Source of the DNA: Lytechinus pictus
Lineage: Eukaryota
DNA: 64,000 nt
Reading direction: 5' to 3'
Assembly: GCF_037042905.1 (NCBI RefSeq)
Contig: NC_087256.1
Span: 16,244,001-16,308,000, forward strand
Positions 51,486-64,000 of this stretch are shown here, piece by piece. Position 1 is the first letter of the stretch; each line of letters opens with the position of its first letter. The notes beneath the pieces were generated by a model that was not told the origin of the DNA, ran no database searches, and saw only the letters and a program-made list of their open reading frames with translations. A program made the position numbers and the translations under genes.

Positions 51486-54400
51486 TCAAAGAGGATATAC
51501 AAATTGTTATTCCTCCGTTGCTTTTCTTACAGTTTGACAGGTAAAAATAGTAATTTACCCTTGACCATTACCTAATATACCGATGCTTATACAACATTTT
51601 CCACGATGCGAAAGGGTCTGAGGCAATTCACCACAGGGTGCGCGCACAGCCTTGGGGTGGCAATAGTTGATATTTTGATTCTGTCTAATCTCGGTAAGGA
51701 CAAATAGTGAACTCAACGGATGTTGATCTTGGGTAATGACTGTAATAGTCACATGCTTAGGGATTCCTTTTATTTCCGCACTTATCTTGATTTACATTTA
51801 ATTAGCCCAGAACTGATAGAGATTCCTTCCCAAGTTAGCATACATAATCTGTATGGTATACTGATATGCTGATAGAGAGATACATGTATCTTCATCATTC
51901 CATGTGGAAATAAAAAAGACTAAGTTTTTTTATTTTGGCAAATGTCATTCTCAAATCCTTATAAATCCCTTTGACAAATACAGACTGCTAAAAATATCTG
52001 CACTAGTTCTAAATAAAAGTTTGCAAATATTAGGTATCTAAGTCTATAGATCTTTATCTCAAAGAATAATTTACACAGATCTCTGCAAAATCTCTATAAT
52101 TATCCTCTTTGACAACTGAAGATTATTTGTAGATCTTTCTTAATGAATGAACGTGCAATGCTATTGGTGTTCTATAAATAGGTAAACATAGTGAACTACT
52201 TCATATTACATGTAGCATGGGATTTTGAGATATCATAATTTTTTTTTTATTTAATGTATTACTGTTAAATGACAAAGAGAAAAAAATGAAAAAATTATTT
52301 TGAAAATGAAAATAACTTTTTTTGTTAATGCATAAAAGTGAATAGCCCTACTCAGAAAGTGATATGTTATTTTAAAAAAGAAAGTAATAAAACAAGCAAA
52401 ACATGCCTTTAATTAAAATTAGAAGGAATATAACAAAGTTATAATGGAATTCACATTTTGCATTATCATTTCAGAGAAAATGTCACATTGATATAATGAT
52501 GGCACACTGATGTAATGATGTTGTATTGATAATACAATATATATACAATGATTATAAAGCAGGTAAAGAAACAGAAATTGGGGCAGCAGCTTGCATGTGA
52601 CATCCCAAAATCAAACTTCAAATATTCATAACCTATTATTCAATGGATTTTTGTCAAACTTTCATTAATATATAATATCTTTGATTTTTCTTCTTTTATC
52701 AAAATGACTTTGCTGTCATGGTGGACTTTCCCAGGCATATACTCTGTACCCAGATGTTCTTCGTCTATTGAATTCATGAAATAGAACACTTCCGGCCATT
52801 TGACAAAATCATCAGTTTGATTTAGAATTCACAAAATACCAAATCAAAAGTCATCTTACATGTTTCAACATGTTCAAAATAATTGCAATCTAAGAACTAT
52901 TTAAACCTTTTTATCAGACTTGAAATATAATGTTATCTTGGGGGATCAAAGGGATAATCTTCTGTTATTTCAGTTGCCACAGCAAACATTGTCTACAGGA
53001 TGTATTTGCCAAGGATCTAAAATCCCTCAAAAAGTAAAGGATTATTAATAAATTCAGTTTTCTGTTATAATCAGATTGTACAGTTGAAAAGTAAAAACTT
53101 TGTGTCATAATTTTCAAAGCAACTGCTTCAGTCACTTTTCATTCCCTTCATTTCACAGAATGATGCATATCAGGGAGTATTAGCTTAATATTCATGCCTT
53201 GCAGTTTTTCCCCATTAATAAGGTACTGTACAAACAAAAAAATTCCCATGGGTGAGGGAGAAAGAGAAAAGGGTCTCCTTTTTTCTGATTACTTAAAATG
53301 CAACATCTGTGTTCTTCAGTTCTCTGAAATTCAAATACTGTTTTCTTCAGTGAGATGTTTTCATTGGAGAATAAGGCTAAGTGGAAACTTTTCCACTGAA
53401 ATCAACCGGCCTCATGGACCCTCGACCTCATGGGAAAAATAATTGGCCTCGTGGACCCGCCGCATTCTCATTACAAAACAGAATATGAGAGAGACAGTCA
53501 TAAAAAGAGAGAATGGAACAAGAAGGTTTTTAACTAAAACACCTGATATTGATGCCTGATTGTCTCTCAAAAGTCCTATGAAGAACTGTAGTAATCATGT
53601 TTCAAATATAGTAACACATTAACAGAAGCATGATACCATATATGTCTTGCTATTTTACAGACACGTTTTCTATTACTTTCCTGTCTTGTTGGTTTCTTGG
53701 TTAACCTTCTTCAGTCAAGGTGCTCCAAGCACTACCCGCTATTTACACAGCTATTTTGGATGTTTCCTCTTCCACACCGGCTCGGAATGATGTCAATAGA
53801 TCCGCCAGGATTTGGTGAATTTTTCCTGAACATTTTCTCCATTTTTTTATGCACGCATATTTTCATGGCTGGCAATACCACATGCATGTTACTCACTTAT
53901 GTATATTTCTTTAGGACCATATATGTCCATATTAAAAAAGTTAAAAAGAGAAATCAAGAAGAAATGAATGAGGCATTAAAGCACATTTTTTACAGTTCTA
54001 GTCCTTAATATCATTTTAATTTTTACAACAATCTTAGCAATTCTAAGAACTATAATACAGAATAAAAGACGAGAAGTATGAAAAAAAAACTTGTTTCCCT
54101 TTTTAATAAGAAATGTACTTGACTGAATAATACAGTGTACACTTTTAACTTTATAGTATTGATAACAATACTAACCCTTTGAAGTTCTGCCAGTCTCTGT
54201 GAAAAAATAACTGTCAAACTAATTATAAAGTGACCCTTGTGACAAAATTACCAGGAATAATTAATAATCAATTGAATTCATTGGATTTTATTCAATAATC
54301 ACTTTATTAATTAAATAAACTTATTAAAAATAAATGAATAATAAAATGAATGAAACAAAACATACACTGCTTTTTATCTTGGAAGACAAAAATTACAATC

Positions 54401-54745
54401 AACAGAGATTTTGGTTCTGACAAATTATCGGGTATCTTTTTTAAAGATTCATTCTCTCAAGAGCTGTTACATGTAGTTAATGTAAACTCTCATAGAAGAC
54501 CAACAATTCTGTCAGAGGTGGGGGGGGGGCTGGGTCATAAAATGCAAGATATATATGAAATAATACACACAGATAATACTTAAGAAAGATTTGATCATAC
54601 TTGAATGATATTTGATTATCTGGTGTCAAACAAAGGAAAAAGTAATGCAAAAAACATAGAAGTTTCAACAGGTTTGGCCTCCAGCCTGTGAAATAATCCA
54701 CCTGTAATTGTGTGTTTTGAAACACTCAAATAAATTACATCCTCA

Positions 54746-55130
54746 TACCCCTTTCACAAACCCATCCTCCAATTATCCGCCTAAGAGTAATGCAAATAAT
54801 TCAATCAAAATTGCATTCACAAACTCCGAAAATAATCCGCACTATTTTTTTTACGAGCGCCCTACCTGAAAAAGGCAGATAATTGTCATGGCAACTGCAC
54901 ACGCCCCCTCCGATGGTGTTGTGTTGGAAAAGGGTGACCTTTGTGACCGCACCATGGCAATTATCCGCATTACTTTGGAAATGCGTTCATAAAGTCAAAA
55001 TCTGGTCCCGATGCCGCTATTATGCGGATAATTGCAGCATCGAAATAATGCGGATCACTCTGGTCCCACTCCGATTTAACGACCAAATTATGCGGATATT
55101 ATCCGCATAATTGGGTTTATGAAAGGGGTA
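54746..55130. mobile_element. Harbinger-like MITE
   Basis: TIR tacccctttcacaaaccca / tgggtttatgaaaggggta; TSD TCA; internal tatccgca/tgcggata repeats. Confidence 0.87.
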
Positions 55131-55976
55131 TCAGTTAGGTCAATGAGCAATGTGAGCTGCACATGTGTGTAACCGTGAGCAGCAGGTGGTTTACACACAC
55201 CTGCTATCTTGTCATAGAGTTAGGCAAAATATGTCTCTGTCACCTCTCTATACAAATAGGCATTTTCAAAGTAACTTCATGTACATCACTTTTCAAATCA
55301 TTCTATCACGAAAGAGAAAGAGAGAGAACAGAAGCAGATCAATTCTTATGTCATTTCTGTTCAACACTTTAAAGAACTAGTTTTAAATGCTCTTAAATTA
55401 ACCATTAAAGAATGGCAGATATTACCATTAAAATATCAGTTTTTTAGCCGCATGCTCTTTTTAAGTTTTGTACTTTTGATACATAATTTTGATGCACAGT
55501 AATTCTAGACTAGTTTCTTTCATCTTTGCAGAGAAAACAAAAAAAGGACTCCTCTTCAAATGATGTTCATGTACCCAATCTACTACAAATAGTTAAGAGC
55601 TCACTTAAGTATGCTGCATGAAAGAAATAATGAATATTATGATTAAATTTCCACAGATGCTGCAGGATTTCACCTGCAATACAAATTATGAAAGTAAAAG
55701 ATAATAAGTACAAGAGGATTCCACTTTTCTGATTTTCCGTTTTTTCATACATGTTACGGGTAAGAATTGGCAAATCCTGCATATTTGCTTTCAAATGATA
55801 GAATTTACGTCAGCAAGTTTTCCATCAGTAAATTGCCATTTAGTATATACCCACTTTGGCTACTATTTGGTTCTTATCCCAATAAATAGTCTAATCCTAG
55901 TTTGTCTACTAACCACTTGTATGCTTTTCACCATGTTCACCCTGCACATATTTGAAATTGGTGGGGCTAAGGGGGG

Positions 55977-56508
55977 CCCGGGGGCCACTTATATTGACGA
56001 GTGTATACCATGCGTGACCCCAAAAACATGTGAAAAGGATGTCTTTTTCAAGATTACGTAACGTAATAAGGGTGTCAAAAACACTAAAATAATTTTAAAA
56101 GGGTATCTATTTTCGATAGGAAAGCTACATGTTTAGGGTCAAATTTGCGAGGGTATAACAAATCAACACAAATGGTTTATAAAGGATGTATTTTTTGCCC
56201 CAAGAGTCAACACTACATGTACGTGTTTAGTGTACGATTTGCGCGAGTGGGGCTGTATTAAACCCAATGATGTAGGTAAAGGTAAAACCGACGTCCATAA
56301 AATAACAATTGAAATATCGCTGTACTTGTTTAGGGGTTCAATTCAGGGAATACTTGCCAATAGTATCGTTTTGTTTTCAATACTTGTTAAGGGTAAGGTT
56401 TCACACGCCAATACTTGTTAACAGGTGCATTTTAAGAATATGGAAAATACGTGTTTAGGGTGCTTTTTGAGATCTCATGGTCGCGCATGGTATCCACTCG
56501 TCAAAGTG
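55977..56508. mobile_element. CCCGGG-terminus MITE, right end deleted
   Basis: Colinear with 9857-10516. Confidence 0.88.
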
Positions 56509-56539
56509 GGCTAGCACAGTAAATAGTACAGTACTATAT

Positions 56540-57047
56540 TATGCTTTTCACACTGCATTTCCTTAACCCCATACTATCCTTAACCCCGGACTATCCTTAA
56601 CCCCAAACTATCTTTTTTTGGTTTCACACTGTCTTTCTTAACCCCATACTATTTGCTTAGCTGGGGTTAACGCCTTAACCCCATACTATCCCACAGCTCA
56701 TGAATATTGATGATTTTACCATACAGAGTGTGATTAACGAGCAATTTCGACTTCTGTGATTGGCTAATGCTTAGCCCCACTTTTCCTTAGCCAAGTTTCG
56801 TTTCACACTGCATCTCTTAGCACCGCAATTGTGGTTCTAGCACCACAATAATCTGGCTAACTCTGCTTTTTTGCAGGGCCAGATAGTACCATACTATTTA
56901 CCCTGCTAACCCACTTTGCTAAAACGTAGTATGAAAACGAAGTGGGCTAAGCTTAACAACGGGAAATTGGTGGGGCTAAGGCCCCCCCCCACCTTAGCCC
57001 CACCAATTTCCCAGGGTTAAGAAAAAAAGTACAGTGTGAAAAGCATG
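56540..57047. mobile_element. ttaacccc-rich Harbinger-like MITE, copy 2, inserted in an inverted copy of the same family
   Basis: Colinear with 39226-39729; the flanks 56503-56537 and 57048-57178 are reverse-complement pieces of the same family. Confidence 0.88.
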
Positions 57048-57859
57048 AGATCCTGCAAAAAGCAGGGTTAGCCGGCTTATTGCGGTGCTAGCATTAGCCA
57101 ATCACAGAAGTTGAAATTGCACGTTAATCACGCTCTCTGTGATAGCTGTGCGATAGACCGGGGTTAAGGCGTTAACCATGAAGATGCATTAAGTTGGGGA
57201 TGGGGGCTTTTCCCAAAATTATCAAGTTCATGTCAAACATCCACTTGGATATAAATAATTCATTTATGATCACTGTGTAATGATCTAGTGTCATCAGCAG
57301 TCCTGAATTCTTACCTGCTTTACACTACAATATCAACAGCCACATATAAAAATGTGAGCAATTTTACTTTAAAATCTAATCAGTTTGATAGTCATGCATG
57401 TACATCTTTAAATACTAATTGAATTCAACTGGAAGCTGACTACAAGTGGAATTTCTCTTTAAAATGGATGAAATTAATTTCTTACATGTTATTTCACTTT
57501 CAGACCCTCAACAAAAATAACAAACAAAACAATTAATCTGACATGATAGAGTGTCACCATGATACCACATCCTATACCACCATTGTGACCAGAATCATGC
57601 TATCTGACAGCTGGTTGTCACTGCCAAATAAAACGTTTCCTGATGGGCCATTCACACCAGCCAAATATTCATTGATGTATAAAATCAATAGGCACTTCTT
57701 GCAGTTCAAACTTCAAAGGTACGTTTCCATTATGTGGCATGTAAGAATCATTCACACGGGAGAAACTTTTTGGTGACCCCAAAAAAGCAGGACTGGGATC
57801 AAAATCTCTACAAAGCGCTTCAGAGATTACCCCGTCTTTCGATTCTATCTTGCCTGCAT

Positions 57860-58020
57860 AAAGTGCACGCACAATCTCCACTCCCTGGGGAGTATGCAAG
57901 CAATAGGTAGTCAAGGTACTCTACTCTGATTGCTAAAGCCAACAGCATTGGTATTCACATCTTACCAGGTTCCAATTTAACACCTGGGTGGAGAGTGGCA
58001 AAATCTACATTGATGTCTCG
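57860..58020 (-). mobile_element. Degraded SINE fragment
   Basis: Minus strand tttgccactctccacccaggtgttaaattgg, central block as in the 59197 copy. Confidence 0.55.
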
Positions 58021-58934
58021 CTACAAGAGGCTAGTGACTTGGGAGGATGCCTAATGGTTAAAGTGAGAATTTATTTTTCAAAATCAATGTAGAAAAGTTA
58101 TACTAATTTGGCTCTGCTCTTGATTTAATAAAGAGTATGATGAATTAAAATGATAATTAATTACTAAAATATCATAATGCGGAAATAAGTGATATTGAGG
58201 ATGTTTGTACTTCCATGGTAAAGCAGTAAGAGGGGGAAAATCATATATATGCAATCAATATTTTGGTTTGGCATCTTCTGACTCATAAACTTTTGACAGG
58301 GGAGGATGAGTTATCTGTCTAGAAATCAGCTCCTTTGTCTTTGATATCAACCAACAAAATCACCTTCAATAGAATGGTCCTAAACTAGTCATACCCATCT
58401 GACGGTGACGTTAAAGGACCATCCCTAGACATAAAATGATAACATCCAACGCATAAATTGTCTGCCGCGTAAAAACATAAACAAATACAACTCCGTTCCA
58501 GCCTGGCAACCGGTGGCACAGAATGCCCACATCCTGTTCCAAGACTGGTCACTGGCGTTTGACGTCTACGAATGACCCCTGAAAACCGGGACATCCCATT
58601 CAGTGTGAAGTGGCAGGTTAAACAAATGTCCACCATCCACACCTTACTTCCTCTGCTTTGACCAAATTAGGAGAATCCCTGTCCTCGTTTTAGTAGGCAA
58701 CCTGCCCGGTCACGTACTATCTCAATGTGGTATTGCACCCCTCATCTTTCTTCCTCTCTTCTCTTGTAAGCCACGTCTCTCTTCATTTCCCCCATCGCTT
58801 TTTTATTTGGCTTGCTTCCCTTTCAGACAAAAAATTATTTTATTTTCATTTCATGTGGATACTTTCCACAACCTGCTGGCTAAATCTGAAACACTTGAGA
58901 AGCTTACACACTGCAGTGAACCGGGATATACCAG

Positions 58935-59114
58935 GGGGCCGTTTCATAAAGCTGTTCATAAGTTAGAGCGACTTTAAGAACGACTGGTGAACCTTTCTTA
59001 CGCGCTAAACCATCGTCAATGGACATTTTGGTACATACCATTTACCACAAGAAAGGTTTACCAGTCGTTCTTAAAGTCGCTCGTAACTTACAAATAGCTT
59101 TATGAAACACCCAC
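58935..59114. mobile_element. Hairpin MITE, Harbinger-like (CWG target)
   Basis: About 65-bp near-complementary arms; flanks CAG/CTG; terminus shared with 12186-12404. Confidence 0.85.
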
Positions 59115-59196
59115 CTGGGCTCTTTTGAATATTTTGGGGGCATGTGTAATTTCATTCCCTGTTCCCTTTATTCATTCTTCAACGGCTTTTATTTTT

Positions 59197-59470
59197 AATA
59201 ATAATAATAATAATTGGCATTTATATAGCGCTTTATCAATCTACGACCCGGTAACTGGATTCATAGCCTTTCAAGCAGCCTGTTAGGCGCACACTTGATA
59301 AAACCAACCACAATGACGGTTGTTTCCTACCGGTACCCAATTAGCACCTTGGTGAGAGTGGCAAAGTGTGGATTGACGCCTTGCCAAAGGGTGCTAGGCC
59401 ATGGTGGGATTCGAACACACGACCCTCTGATTACAAGGCGAGAGTCAGGACCGCTACACCACGGCGTTTC
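59197..59470 (-). mobile_element. tRNA-derived SINE
   Basis: Minus strand ggaaacgccgtggtgtagcgg...gttcgaatccc, central block gccactctcaccaaggtgctaattgggtaccgg, and tail gcgctatataaat...(tta)n. Confidence 0.88.
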
Positions 59471-60847
59471 CACTTCCATTTTTAACCCCTCACTCCATCT
59501 CTTTCCCTCTACCCCAAATATACATACACAGCATTCTCTTACCAGTCTCATTACATTTCTAAGACCCAGACACCGATGTAGGGGGCAAGCAAGCGGGCCT
59601 CAGCCCCTTGACCCTATTTCAGTATAAAAAGTGGGGCCACCTCCCCCCCCTCACTTCTCAATTTACAAAATCAGCTTTTTTATAGCTACAGTTCATTATG
59701 CATCAAACAAAAATAATTACAACACCCTCCACCTACAGCCTTTTTTTGAGTCTCGTCCATTTTCAACAAAAATCAAATTATTGCAAATCATAAAGTTATA
59801 ACTTGAACATTTTTTTTTAACTTTACCTCTCCCATACAAAGTGGATTCATTCAAATCTTAATCATTTTATTCTGCTACACTGAGTATACTATTTCTTTAT
59901 CTTGTGAAGATTTGAGGAGTATCTTTTTAAACCACAACTAAATTATGTGAATAAATACGCAATGTTTTCAAAAACCAGCAGTTTTGTTTATTTATCTTCA
60001 TTTGAAGATAAAGACAATTGTTTAAGTTGTGGTTGCAGTACCCCACCCACTCAATAAATCTTAAGAAGATTAGCAGCACATGTATACAGAAAGCATGAAA
60101 TATTTTTGGACACATGGCCTGTTTTGAAAACATAACCTTTGAAACATCTTCAAGCTAATCATTCCAATGATCAAATGTTTATTTACACAGTACTTATAGA
60201 CAGTGTTTTGTTTCCCACTTGCAGTGCACATGACTAAAGTAATGTAGAAACATGCAAAATGAGAAATGAATTATCAGGTGCTGTAATGGGTCATGCTGAG
60301 TGATTTCATGAGTTTGTTGAAGAAACTCTGGACATATTACTTTGCGCTAATATTTTATAAGCATTTTCTGACAAAAAAAAGCCTCAGATTCATCAACTTT
60401 GAATAAAAGTATGTTGCCGATCTTTGTTGCTGGCCTATATCACACCATGCCTGAAGAAATCTTAAAGTTTTTTACTATGAAAAAGGTCTCCAATAAACTA
60501 TGGCATACTTTTAGATGTCTTCGAATCAGAACACTCAATTTCATTTCAGACTGAATAAGCTATGAACTATTACAATAAATGCTGCAGCAAATCATGATTG
60601 CGTAGCATTTCTTCATCTCTCTTGCATTCCGAGTAGCCCGGATAAACTACTCTATAATTATACCCACTAGGATTATCTTCAAGGGTAGTGTCTGACAAGA
60701 TAGTTCCCAAGATTTATACATGTTCAAGAAAAAGAAATCTTGATTATGGGTTTAAAATGGTCCATCATCGGATCTACCCATATAATTGATGCAAATTGCG
60801 GGGACCTAAATTACGGGATTAAAATGTCATGTGCGGATTCTACTTAC

Positions 60848-60918
60848 GGGAGATGGCACATACGTATCCAATGGCAACAGAGTCAGGATGGCATCAAGGA
60901 GGGCTGGTATACTGTGAC
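60848..60918 (-). CDS. FUOM: Fucose mutarotase internal exon (probably exon 3): (G)HSIPALLDAILTLLPLDTYVPSP
   Basis: Acceptor tttctgtgtccag, donor gtaagt; 71 bp, phase 1-0, in frame with the previous exon. Contains the LLPLDTYV motif of FUOM. Not in the supplied ORF track. Confidence 0.95.
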
Positions 60919-61452
60919 CTGGACACAGAAACAACAGACAGAAATCAAGAAGAAATAATTATGTGTTTACAGGAATCTGCACTAACGAAAGCACAAACCT
61001 TAACCATCTTTACTTTAAGAAAGGACAAGTGAGGCGGTTTATATGCTGAAGAGGGATGTGGGTGCTGTATGCTGGGTTCTACACGATATGAGTACTATTC
61101 GATATAAAATTAAAATGACAGAGTCCCGGGTATGACTGAGAGAAGAAGATTCCTTTGAAATTCAACTACCTCAAAATTCAGGCTTGCAGAATAAGCATGA
61201 GCCTAGTTTGAAGGACCAGAGGATGGTCATTTTAACATTTACTACTTAAAACAAAAAGAAGAGATTATTCTTGACGATTTTAAAGAAAATAAATGGATTT
61301 TTCCCAAAACTTTTTGCTTCCTGAAAAAGTATTCCAATAATCTGTCTTTCCAAGAATGACTTGACCCTCAAATTGTGAATCCGGTGATAAAATTTGAAGA
61401 AAATAAAAGTAAGGAAAATACCCTTCATAAAAATAATGATCACACAACTCAC

Positions 61453-61521
61453 CATCAGCTCTAACTTCTCGAGGTCCATGTGAACAAATTGAACTGGTAG
61501 GGAAGTGGGCATCTGCTAACA
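61453..61521 (-). CDS. FUOM: Fucose mutarotase internal exon (probably exon 2): (V)LADAHFPTSSICSHGPREVRAD(G)
   Basis: Minus strand has a pyrimidine-rich acceptor ttctccttttttctgacag and donor gtgagt; 69 bp, phase 1-1. Peptide matches the FucU/FUOM motif VLADxxFPxSSICxxGPxExRADG (recalled human VLADLNFPASSICQCGPMEIRADG). Confidence 0.95.
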
Positions 61522-62200
61522 CTGTCAGAAAAAAGGAGAAGAAAAAGGAAAAGTTACTTTTAAAAAGAAGGAATGGAAAATCGTCAATATTTTTGATGAG
61601 CCCTAACCACTATGTGCATATAACTGTTTAGTGAAATTAAGCAAAATTCTAAAATTTCAAAACAGTCAGTCCGCAGCCCGTCCGAAAGTGCTCTATTTTA
61701 TTCAGCGGTATGCATAGCCGTCCGTGGTTATGCATACGTAATGAGCTGTGAAGACGAACTTTCCGATCGGTGTTTTTTGCTCTTAGAATCGTTTATTCGT
61801 CACAAAATTGGTCTTATCTTATAGATAAAACTTTGAAATTTCTGATCAGCTAAATAAAATGCACATTTAATGTATTTTGAAGACCGATATTTAGCTTAGA
61901 AAAAATGATTTTTTTCAAGAAAAATATGTGAATAAACAGAGCGCATTTTTGCATCGAAATCACACTTGCGTCAAATTGATATTATAATCAATATAAAGCG
62001 TAGACATTCTTCTTTACGACTGAAAAAGAATTATGAAATTTCATGATGTAGCAAAGTCAGGAACCACAAAAAACCACGGCAATGTCCATCGCGAAATGAT
62101 TGGAATTGCAGTAGAATTGCCGACGCGTTCTGATTGGTCAACAGCGGCGCACAGACTTACAACATTTTATATAGCTTAAAAAACCCGGAAGTAGTACGAA

Positions 62201-62297
62201 AGAGATCGATGGCGAATTGCGTAAGCGCTATGTTTTGACGTGTGCAAGGACCCTGGTTCGAACCCGCCGGACGATTTTTTTTTTTTTTTTTTTTTTT
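62201..62297 (+). other. tRNA-like A-box/B-box cassette followed by T23
   Basis: A-box-like tggcgaattgcg, perfect B-box ggttcgaaccc (62255-62265), T-run 62275-62297. No convincing acceptor stem and no SINE body. Confidence 0.5.
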
Positions 62298-62541
62298 GTG
62301 GGGGGGGGGGTTGATGGGGATATGTTTATGCTTTTTCTTTAAATCATATTCCTTCATCGTTCCTACCCAGCTTTATTCTCTTTTTACTATCATATGAAGT
62401 TCTATTTAGGCCTGTATTTATTAAATCATGGACCTATTAATAGCTCTATGATTAATTCTTACTTCTTCTTAATCACTGCTTTTGATTTTCAAGTTCTTGA
62501 TTACACTTATTTGGGCAGGGGTGGGAAGGGAAGTGAGTTAA

Positions 62542-63080
62542 AGGTCAAGTGCACATCAACAAAAAAGTATTTGAATAAATAAATACAGATATTTCCTTGT
62601 TTTAACACAAAACAGTTATATACACAAAACAATGGTATGCAAATAGAGTTGATTATGTCACTCACATCACATTACTTTTTTAATTTTTGTTGTATTTTTA
62701 TTATATAAATTTTAGCAAATTTGATCTAAAAAATCTTTCTCGAATCACAATAGGTTACATTTATGGAAACTATGAATGTTAATGGAGGAATTAAAATCCC
62801 TCTCAAAATTTGTTAATGAAAATTAAAATAAAATATACATGTCATGTACATGTATCAAACAAAAAAATACACAAGAAATTAGAGTGTGTGTGACATAATC
62901 GGTTCTGTAATTTGCACATTGACCAAGATGAGCATATAATTGTTTTATAAAATTAGGCAAATTTCTCAATGTCAAAATAGTAATCTTTTGAATTTTGAAT
63001 CATAGTTTTTATGAAATTTTCTGCAATACTTTATTTTTCTTTAAATTCAAATTAATTTTTTGGTGGGGTGGACTTCTCCT
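62542..63080. mobile_element. TTAA-target MITE (family B), old and degraded
   Basis: TTAA|AGGTCAAGTGCAC ... GGGGTGGACTTCTCCT|TTAC. Confidence 0.75.
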
Positions 63081-63510
63081 TTACTCTTTGCTTGGAATAG
63101 GGAATGCACATTAATATTCATCCACGAACAAAATTGTCTAAACATATGCAAATCAGTAATTGGACACATGCTCACTTTCCTTTCATCCAGGCCACTCCCT
63201 CACATCCACCAGGTTTACAGTCTTATAACAAAAATTATGAATTAATTATAATACCATCACACCATAGCTGAGCTCCATGATCACACAACATTCATACAGT
63301 GCTTCACAACAAATATTTCACTTCTGTTCATATATGCAATAATTACTGTGGAAAACAAAAACAAGGCGTAACCACATTCAAATACCGTTTAAAAGGACAA
63401 ATATATTATACCTTTCGAAGAAAAAAAATTGTGAACATACATGGCACTTAACCTTCAGCACATTAGATAACATATAACAGAGTTGCTTGAGAACAAAATA
63501 TAATTATGGG

Positions 63511-63622
63511 GCATTGCAAGAAACTTATGTTCAATTGCAAATCAACTGCATGTTTGTGTTTTATCAAAGGATTTACCCTTAATTTTGGAATGTGTGATTG
63601 AGTAGAAAGTTTCTTGCAATGC
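63511..63622. mobile_element. Small inverted-repeat element
   Basis: 16-bp perfect IR gcattgcaagaaactt / aagtttcttgcaatgc; the same motif is at about 37216. Confidence 0.55.
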
Positions 63623-64000
63623 ATTAAAAATGTTCTTTGGTTTTGAATTGTGAATTTTTATTTTTGTCAAGCTGTATTCCTGTCCAAGTCAGTATTCTTA
63701 GTCCTCCCCAAAACTGTGCTCTATTTTTTTTGTTTCCAATATCGATAAAGATCAATTTTCTGTTGTATCATTATCAGTCCAAAATTTGCAAACGAAAAAA
63801 GGGCTTTGTCCAAATCATGGTCTGACCATTATAGTACATGATGGAATCTCCCAGAATGAAGTAGCAAGCAGAGACCAGAGTCAGCAAGTATGCAGATCTG
63901 TGTGTAGAAGAGACAAAAAGAGAGAAATAGTCTAAATTATTCAAAGTATGAATTATGTTAGGCCTACATGTAAGTCAATTAAGACTAATAAGAGACTAAC

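Noticed and set aside
60740-61032. Plus-strand ORFs of 72 and 67 aa
   Set aside because: Antisense shadows of FUOM exon 3.
61280-61452. Continuation of ORF 61280-61522 beyond RADG
   Set aside because: Homology stops at the gtgagt donor; the remainder is intron read-through.

Overview
AT-rich, repeat-dense animal genomic DNA. It looks like a marine invertebrate; the repeat content and exon style are compatible with a sea urchin, but that is inference. The only protein-coding gene I can support is fucose mutarotase (FUOM/FucU family) on the minus strand, seen as four short, phase-compatible GT-AG exons: 61453-61521, 60848-60918, 20754-20855 and 19894-19967. They splice to ...VLADAHFPTSSICSHGPREVRADGHSIPALLDAILTLLPLDTYVPSPAQTMEVAPSDKEKGVKTPVWDEYQAILNKHNGSEVSMATIERFAFYERAKKTYAVIATG... 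The first and last coding exons were not found, so most or all of the window is probably FUOM intron, including one intron of about 40 kb. The rest is a 129-bp satellite (1 to about 2930) ending in a transposon-like terminus, many non-autonomous DNA transposons (TTAA-, TA-, 3-bp-, 6-bp-, 7-bp- and 8-bp-TSD types), Helentron/DINE-1-like elements, tRNA-derived SINEs, microsatellites and one 144-N gap. Apart from one ORF overlapping a FUOM exon, I recognise no protein in the supplied ORF track. There are no CRISPR arrays, rRNA or prokaryotic systems. I found no clearly novel biological system. The best leads are the oversized FUOM introns with CpG-rich unique patches, the satellite built from a transposon-end motif, a tRNA-like Pol III cassette at about 62.2 kb, and several nested or fold-back elements. 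Transposon superfamily names are inferred from termini and TSDs only.
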